DNA of 32,000 nucleotides from Desulfocapsa sulfexigens DSM 10523. Its GTDB lineage: Bacteria > Desulfobacterota > Desulfobulbia > Desulfobulbales > Desulfocapsaceae. The position numbers and the translations under genes are program-made. Position 1 is the stretch's first letter, and each line of letters opens with the position of its first letter. This document shows, in pieces, positions 26,693-32,000 of the stretch. Below the pieces are notes generated by a model. That model did no database searches and had not been told where the DNA came from. It was given only the letters and a program-made list of their open reading frames with translations. The stretch lies in assembly GCF_000341395.1 (NCBI RefSeq), contig NC_020304.1, forward strand, positions 3,180,001-3,212,000. Reading direction: 5' to 3'.

Positions 26693-27220
26693 ATGGGTGT
26701 CCCTAATGTCTCAATCCGGAAAATTCTCTATACTACTAATCTTTCAGAAACAGGGCGTCATGCATTTGCCTATGCTGCCAGTCTCAGTAAGTTGTATGGT
26801 TCGAAACTGACAGTTCTGCATGTAGTTGACGAACAGCCGGAACTTGACCATCGCCTTGTTGGATACATGCCTAAAGATCTCTGGGAGGAGATCAAAGATC
26901 GTGACCAAAACGAGGCAAAAGAAATTCTCCTGGGAAGAAAACGAGACAATTCTGTTATTGTAGGCGAATGTGTCGATCGCTATTGCTCTGAACTACAAGA
27001 TGATTCCGGAACAGAGGCAGCTATAAGCTATGATGTTATGGTAAAGCTCGGTGACCCTGTGAAGGAAATAGTAAAGGTGGCGGTGGAACAGAACTATGAT
27101 TTGATTGTGGTTGGCCGTCACAGGCACAGTAAATTTCATGACATCGTTCATCGTGGAACAATCAGGAGTTTACTCGATGCCACCAGACTTCCGGTTTTTG
27201 TTGTTCAGATTCCTGAGTAA
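26693..27220 (+). CDS. Universal stress protein (UspA family)
   Basis: KILYTTNLSE....A..YAASLSKLYGSKLTVLHVV opens the protein, and it ends with the Usp ATP-binding-type C-terminus DLIVVGRHRHSK......GTIRSLL....LPVFVV. The SD is AAGGAG. Confidence 0.85.
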   Translation: MGVPNVSIRKILYTTNLSETGRHAFAYAASLSKLYGSKLTVLHVVDEQPELDHRLVGYMPKDLWEEIKDRDQNEAKEILLGRKRDNSVIVGECVDRYCSELQDDSGTEAAISYDVMVKLGDPVKEIVKVAVEQNYDLIVVGRHRHSKFHDIVHRGTIRSLLDATRLPVFVVQIPE

Positions 27221-27266
27221 CCTTGTGGCCAGGTTAGCCGGATAAATGTGCAACAGGATGCGGATG

Positions 27267-28238
27267 TTAATGTTTGAGGAGTGGATACTTTTTATTTAAT
27301 TTCCAGAACCAGATGGCAAGCTGCTGCTGGAAGAGAAATGCCAGAGCTATCATCATGGCTGTTTTCGGGGGAAAGGCTGCAAGTGCTATCCCAATGCATA
27401 TGGGAAGATTTCGTAATTCCACATTTAAGAGCAGACTTATCGCATCTTTGTAGGAAAAAAAGTTGCGACCAATAATTACACAAATCGTCAGGATGGTACA
27501 GTACCACAACAGCAGGCAGGAGAGGGCTTGAAAGATCGTTTCCGGATAGCCAAAAAACATTTCAGCCTTCATACTTATGCTTGTAAACAGGAGATAGATT
27601 AATCCCCAAACGCTGAATGCTGGTAATAGTGGTTTTATTTTTTCTTTAAACTCTTCCTGACTGATTTTTTTCAAGAGCATTCTATACGTATAAACACCTG
27701 CAAACAAAGGAATAAAAACGACCAGTCCAATGGTTCTTCCTATATGGACAATATCAATTTCCACGAGTGTTCCTGCAAGAAAAAACAGATAGAGCGGGGC
27801 AAGAAGTGAACCCAGAATAAGATTCAAGGTGCTCAGTTTCAGTGATGCTCTCACGTTTCCTTCAAAAAGCATGGTAAAGGCCACAGCCATGTTCCCACCT
27901 GGTACAACACTGATAATAAGGAGGCCTGCCTGCAGTTCAGGCCATGACTCCAGAAACAACTTTCCGATCAGTAAGGCAGCCAGCGGCAGGGCCAGAAAAT
28001 TCAATACAAGATTAACACTCATTAAGCGCAGGTCTGTGAGTTCAAGCAGCTCTTGTGGCTGAAAACCTATCATTGCCGGAAAAATTGTCAACATCGCGAC
28101 TGGCAGGATGAGGATTTTCAAAGGAGAGGTGTCGACAAAGAGGCCACAGAGCAGAGCTACGCATATCACGCAGGGAATAACAGCCACTAGATTTCTGGAT
28201 GGGAATGTGAAGACGGCTCGAAGACTCATTTGTTTCAA
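27267..28238 (-). CDS. Bile acid:sodium symporter / ACR3-like (SBF superfamily) transporter
   Basis: About 9-10 TM helices with the motif ISVVPGGNMAVAFTMLFEGN typical of BASS/ACR3 cores. The ORF-track start is TTG at 28238, and the ATG at 28229 (Met4) is an alternative. It lies 56 nt downstream of miaB on the same strand. Confidence 0.7.
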   Translation of the reverse strand: MKQMSLRAVFTFPSRNLVAVIPCVICVALLCGLFVDTSPLKILILPVAMLTIFPAMIGFQPQELLELTDLRLMSVNLVLNFLALPLAALLIGKLFLESWPELQAGLLIISVVPGGNMAVAFTMLFEGNVRASLKLSTLNLILGSLLAPLYLFFLAGTLVEIDIVHIGRTIGLVVFIPLFAGVYTYRMLLKKISQEEFKEKIKPLLPAFSVWGLIYLLFTSISMKAEMFFGYPETIFQALSCLLLWYCTILTICVIIGRNFFSYKDAISLLLNVELRNLPICIGIALAAFPPKTAMMIALAFLFQQQLAIWFWKLNKKYPLLKH

Positions 28239-28294
28239 GGGAAAGATGGGCTTTTTTTTGCAAAGACATGAAATGCCATTCTATAAGCTTATTA

Positions 28295-29641
28295 TTACTT
28301 TTTTAATACTCCCTGTAAAGAATGATGGCCTGCATGAAGAATACGGGCTGTAGCGATATCACCAGGTTTGCAGCTGTTCACTTCGCCTGTAATATGGACC
28401 AGGTGGTTTGTTCCGGTTCTTGCGACAATAGCATCACCATCGTTTTTTTCAATCATCATGGGAAGCTCTTGACCGACATACTTTTTATTATGTTCAAGGC
28501 AGATTTCATCCTGCCTTGTCTGAAAACGAAGTAATCGCTCGGCCTTAACGGATTCTTCAACCTTATCCTCAAACGCTGAAGAGCGCGTTCCTGGTCGGTC
28601 TGAGTATTTAAAAGAGTATGACCCGTGATAATAAACTTCTTCCAACAGAGCCATGGTCTCCTCGAAGTCCTCATTCGTCTCACCGGGAAAACCGACTATC
28701 ATATCAGTGGTGATGGCAATTTCAGGGCAATACGAACGCAGGGCAGCAACTTTTTCCAGATATAGCTCACGGCTGTATTTGCGATTCATTAAGGAGAGTA
28801 TTCGGTTTGAACCGGACTGAACAGGAAGGTGAAAATGTGGACAGAGAATATCAACTTCGGCAAAGCAGCGCATCAGGTCATCGGAAAGATCTTTTGGGTT
28901 GGACGTTGTGAAGCGAAGCTGTCTCAGGCCAGGAATAGAAGCTACCTGGCGAAGTAGGTCGCTAAAACTGAAGGATCCATTTCCTTCTATTACGTTATTG
29001 GTTTTGCCGTAGGAATTCACGTTTTGCCCAAGAAGGGTGATTTCCTTCACCCCACCATCAACCAACGCGCGAGCTTCTTGGAGTATATGGCTGGCCTGTC
29101 GTGATATTTCGCGTCCCCTTGTGTAAGGTACGACACAATAGGTGCAGTAGTTGTTGCATCCCTGCATAATGGTGAGAAACTTTTTAAACACCACGGGGCC
29201 TACCTCACTCTCCTGTTTGCCAAGATCAGGGATAAAGGCAGGAATACTGTAATTGTCTACAAGGGAGGTAGCGACTGTCTGCTGTTTTTTCTCCTTAAGC
29301 AATTCGGCAAGCTCGTAGATATTCTGAGTTCCAACCACAAGGTCAACATGGGGCATACGTTCTATGATCTGCTGTCCTTCCTGCTGCGCAACGCAGCCGG
29401 CAACACAAATTTTTAGATTTGGATTTCGTTTTTTCTGTTTTCGCAACACTCCAAGGAGACTCATTACTTTTTGTTCGGCTTTTGCACGGATGGAGCAGGT
29501 GTTCAGAATAATCAAATCAGCTGTTTCAGAGTCACTGGTCTCGACATATCCTTTTTCTCCAAGGAGTTGGGCCATTATCTCAGAATCTCGCAGATTCATC
29601 TGACAGCCAAATGTTTTTATAAAAAACGTTTTTGAGTGCAT
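28295..29641 (-). CDS. miaB: tRNA-2-methylthio-N6-dimethylallyladenosine synthase (radical SAM methylthiotransferase)
   Basis: I place the start at internal Met57 (MHSKTFFIKTFGCQMNLRDSE, the typical MiaB N-terminus). The UPF0004 cysteines are FGCQMN, NTCSIR and GCVAQ. The radical SAM motif is CNNYCTYCVVP. A TRAM-like C-terminus is present. The product is about 448 aa. Confidence 0.9.
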   Translation of the reverse strand: MHSKTFFIKTFGCQMNLRDSEIMAQLLGEKGYVETSDSETADLIILNTCSIRAKAEQKVMSLLGVLRKQKKRNPNLKICVAGCVAQQEGQQIIERMPHVDLVVGTQNIYELAELLKEKKQQTVATSLVDNYSIPAFIPDLGKQESEVGPVVFKKFLTIMQGCNNYCTYCVVPYTRGREISRQASHILQEARALVDGGVKEITLLGQNVNSYGKTNNVIEGNGSFSFSDLLRQVASIPGLRQLRFTTSNPKDLSDDLMRCFAEVDILCPHFHLPVQSGSNRILSLMNRKYSRELYLEKVAALRSYCPEIAITTDMIVGFPGETNEDFEETMALLEEVYYHGSYSFKYSDRPGTRSSAFEDKVEESVKAERLLRFQTRQDEICLEHNKKYVGQELPMMIEKNDGDAIVARTGTNHLVHITGEVNSCKPGDIATARILHAGHHSLQGVLKK

Positions 29642-29663
29642 GATAGGGTATTGTTTCAGTTTC

Positions 29664-29888
29664 TCAATGATTAATGGAAGACACAGGCTTGATGGAACTC
29701 GCAAGTTCAGAGAGCAGGGGGTAGAGTATTCCTGCCTTTTCCAGTGGATAACGAACACAGACACAGCCTTTCTCTCCAGGAACAGTGGAAAGAAGGCAGA
29801 GGCCGTCATATGCCTCGAGGATAAATTTCAGAAAATGGTATCTTGCCGGATTTATCCTTAGGTACAAAGGGATAAGATTAATAGACAT
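29664..29888 (-). CDS. Small conserved protein of unknown function, DUF4911-like
   Basis: A 74-aa ORF that exactly fills the purB-miaB gap. LRINPARYHFLKFILEAYDGLCLLSTV....GCVCVRYP fits my recollection of DUF4911; this is unverified. The ATG lies 8 nt after the purB stop, and the stop lies 22 nt before the miaB ATG. Confidence 0.6.
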   Translation of the reverse strand: MSINLIPLYLRINPARYHFLKFILEAYDGLCLLSTVPGEKGCVCVRYPLEKAGILYPLLSELASSIKPVSSINH

Positions 29889-29896
29889 AAAAAAAA

Positions 29897-31342
29897 TCAG
29901 ACGGAAAGGGAAGAGTCAACTTCACCCATCTGGTGTTCCCTTGCAGCCAGCAGCGGAACTACCACCTCGCGAATGTATTCATCTGTCTGAGCCGAGGCGC
30001 GTCCTGTGAACTGAGTATAATCACCAACGAGTCCCATAAGATCGTCAAGGGTGAAGGGGATACGGTCATCCTGCGCCAGCCTCTCAAGAAGGTCATTGTC
30101 AAGACCTTCTTCTTTAACGACCCTTCCTGCAGCAAGCGAATGCTCCTTGATAACCTCATGCATTTCCTGCCGGCTTTCACCTTTTTCAACAGCTTCCATA
30201 AGGATTTTTTCAGTGGACATAAATGGGAGTTCCATTCGAAGGTGCCGTTCGATCTGTTTCGGAAATACAACCATTTGGCTCGTTATGTTTACGTATAACT
30301 TAAGGATAGCATCCGTGAGGAGAAAGGCCTGGGGAATATCCATCCGGCGAATTGCTGAATCATCAAGTGTCCGCTCGAACCATTGATTTGAAAAGGTTGC
30401 TGCGAAGTCGGCGGGAAGACCCATCAGTTTACGGGAGAGGCCTGTCAGTCTTTCTGAACGCATGGGGTTTCGCTTGTAAGCCATGGCTGAAGAACCTGTC
30501 TGGTTTTTGGCAAATGGTTCTTCCTGAACCTTGAGGTTGGAGAGCAGTCGCATATCCACTGCAAATTTATGGGCAGATGCGCCAATTCCTGCAAGGGTTT
30601 CGGCAAGCTTCATGTCAAGCTTTCTCGGGTATGTCTGACCTGTTACCGCAAAGACCTTATCAAAGCCAAGTTTTTTTGAAACAAGAGTGTCTAATTGTCT
30701 GACTTTTTCGTTATCACCATGAAACAACTCTATAAATGTGGCCTGGGTGCCTACGGTACCCTTAGCACCTCTGGCTTTAATCTGATCAAAAAAAGTGTCA
30801 ATATATTCAAGATCCATAACAAGATCCTGAATATAAAGGGTGTTTCTTTTACCAACGGTTGTTGGTTGCGCTGGCTGGTAATGGGTAAACCCGAGGGTAG
30901 GGAGGTTTTTGTGTTCCAGACAGAATTTGGCAAGATTGGATATAACCTTAAGGACACCTTTGCGGATCAAATCCAGTGCCTGCTTCTGAATAAGCAGGTC
31001 AGTATTGCAGACAACGAATTGGGATGTGGCACCAAGGTGGATAATCCCTTCAGCTTTTGGGCATTTACTCCCAAATTCGAAAACATGGGCCATTACATCA
31101 TGGCGGATTTCCTTTTCTTTAGCTGCGGCTACGTCAAAATCGATATTATGAACATTGGCGTTCATTTCATCAAGCATTTCCTGGGTGATTATATCTGTGA
31201 GACCGAGTTCGAATTGGGCCTCAGCCAAAGCAACCCAGCACTTTCGCCAATTAGTAAATTTTGTCTTTTCTGAAAAAAGCTCCTGCATGTCGCGACTTGT
31301 GTATCTGCTGACAAGAGGTTCCTGGTATATATCTCTATTCAT
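29897..31342 (-). CDS. purB: Adenylosuccinate lyase
   Basis: I place the start at internal Met48 (MNRDIYQEPLVSRYTSRDM...), with GGAGA 6 nt upstream. The fumarate-lyase signature is GSSAMAYKRNPMRSE. The product is about 481 aa (long-type PurB). Confidence 0.9.
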   Translation of the reverse strand: MNRDIYQEPLVSRYTSRDMQELFSEKTKFTNWRKCWVALAEAQFELGLTDIITQEMLDEMNANVHNIDFDVAAAKEKEIRHDVMAHVFEFGSKCPKAEGIIHLGATSQFVVCNTDLLIQKQALDLIRKGVLKVISNLAKFCLEHKNLPTLGFTHYQPAQPTTVGKRNTLYIQDLVMDLEYIDTFFDQIKARGAKGTVGTQATFIELFHGDNEKVRQLDTLVSKKLGFDKVFAVTGQTYPRKLDMKLAETLAGIGASAHKFAVDMRLLSNLKVQEEPFAKNQTGSSAMAYKRNPMRSERLTGLSRKLMGLPADFAATFSNQWFERTLDDSAIRRMDIPQAFLLTDAILKLYVNITSQMVVFPKQIERHLRMELPFMSTEKILMEAVEKGESRQEMHEVIKEHSLAAGRVVKEEGLDNDLLERLAQDDRIPFTLDDLMGLVGDYTQFTGRASAQTDEYIREVVVPLLAAREHQMGEVDSSLSV

Positions 31343-31577
31343 GGCTATCTCCATTTTGAATGGTTTCGGTTGTTTATTTGGGTGGGAAAAATAAAAAACC
31401 AATATTTTACCATCTTTTAGGTAAAAGCGAAAGGGAGCTCGGTGTTGCCCTGATACATTGAAGAGGGCAGGTAAAATTTTCAAAAAACATCAACCCACAT
31501 GAGTTAAAGCGTGTTGTGGTATATGTTTAGCATCTAGCTGGAGTATCGTTATTATATTTGTTTCAACAAGAGCATCA

Positions 31578-32000
31578 TCAAAGGAGGGAAATTGTATCCC
31601 AACCTCTTTCCTTCGCAATAATAGCTAGTTTTTCATCAGGATCTACGGCAATAGCAGTGTCAACCAACTCCATCAAGGGGAGGTCGTTGTGGGAGTCGCT
31701 GTAAAATAAACTACCATTCAGGGACTCATTGTTTTCATCAAGCCATTGACGTATTCTGGTAACCTTTCCAGAACTAAAACAAGGTGTCCCTTCAATTGAA
31801 TTTGTAAATTTCCCTTCAACCATTTTCACTTCAGTTGCCAAAAGATTATCAATACCAAAATATTTCACAATCGGCTTGGTGATAAAACTATTCGTAGCAG
31901 TGATAACAATTAAAGTGTGCCCCTGGGCCCTGTGAGATTCAACCAGATCAATGGCTTTTTGCCGAATTAAAGGAAGAATGACAGTATCCATGAATTCTTC
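31578..32000 (-). CDS. HAD-superfamily subfamily IB hydrolase (SerB-like, TIGR01490-type); 5' end truncated by the window edge
   Basis: HTLIVITATNSF...GIDNLLATE....EGKFTN.IEG.PCFSSGKV.R...W......L....FYSDSHNDLPLMELV..AIAVDPD.KL is the HAD motif III/IV context. The reading frame stays open from 31991 to 32000 (..EEFMDT..). Confidence 0.75.
   Translation of the reverse strand, partial: EEFMDTVILPLIRQKAIDLVESHRAQGHTLIVITATNSFITKPIVKYFGIDNLLATEVKMVEGKFTNSIEGTPCFSSGKVTRIRQWLDENNESLNGSLFYSDSHNDLPLMELVDTAIAVDPDEKLAIIAKERGWDTISLL

Noticed and set aside
31343-31577. A possible purine or ZTP riboswitch, or a terminator, upstream of purB (including the hairpin TGCCCT-N12-AGGGCA at about 31446-31469)
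   Set aside because: The minus-strand leader has no match to the ZTP (GGGTCGTGAC...CCGCCTGGGC) or purine riboswitch cores that I can see. The hairpin is short and has no U-tract.
1-32000. A search by eye for CRISPR arrays, tandem or dispersed long repeats, IS elements, transposases or integrases, tRNA, rRNA or tmRNA genes, toxin-antitoxin pairs and known defence genes
   Set aside because: None found. There is no regularly spaced repeat array, no recombinase-like ORF and no cloverleaf-like sequence in the intergenic regions. A manual scan cannot exclude short or degenerate elements.

Overview
This 32-kb window looks like ordinary bacterial chromosome. It has moderate G+C and mixes housekeeping, envelope, efflux and signalling genes. 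The gene content (many PAS or hybrid histidine kinases, an EB_dh haem protein, a small ORF between purB and miaB) suggests a Desulfobacterota-like organism, but that is only an inference. About 25 CDSs can be supported. Clear calls are rsgA, a marR-MFP-RND-TolC efflux operon, two orphan hybrid histidine kinases, a threonine aldolase (ltaE-like), a universal stress protein, a BASS/ACR3-type transporter, a purB-small ORF-miaB operon, and a HAD-IB hydrolase truncated at the window end. I found no rRNA or tRNA genes, CRISPR arrays, transposases or integrases, toxin-antitoxin pairs, or recognisable defence genes. The most system-like unknown is a co-directional trio at 5122-8446: a polytopic sensor kinase with a five-His cluster, a REC plus ArsR-type wHTH regulator, and a secreted EB_dh/DOMON-like haem protein with an extra C-x3-CH motif. 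A perfect 18-bp TGTGA/TCACA palindrome lies between the regulator and the haem gene. The second candidate is an envelope locus at 8447-12364: an orphan hypothetical gene, a MipA-PagL-like fused outer-membrane protein, a 568-bp ORF-free spacer and a DUF3943-like membrane protein. Lesser points are a DJ-1/PfpI pseudogene with two nonsense codons, a TPM-PDZ lipoprotein, and a G+C-rich transglutaminase gene in A+T-rich flanks. All family assignments come from motifs recognised by eye. No database search was run, so they are provisional.
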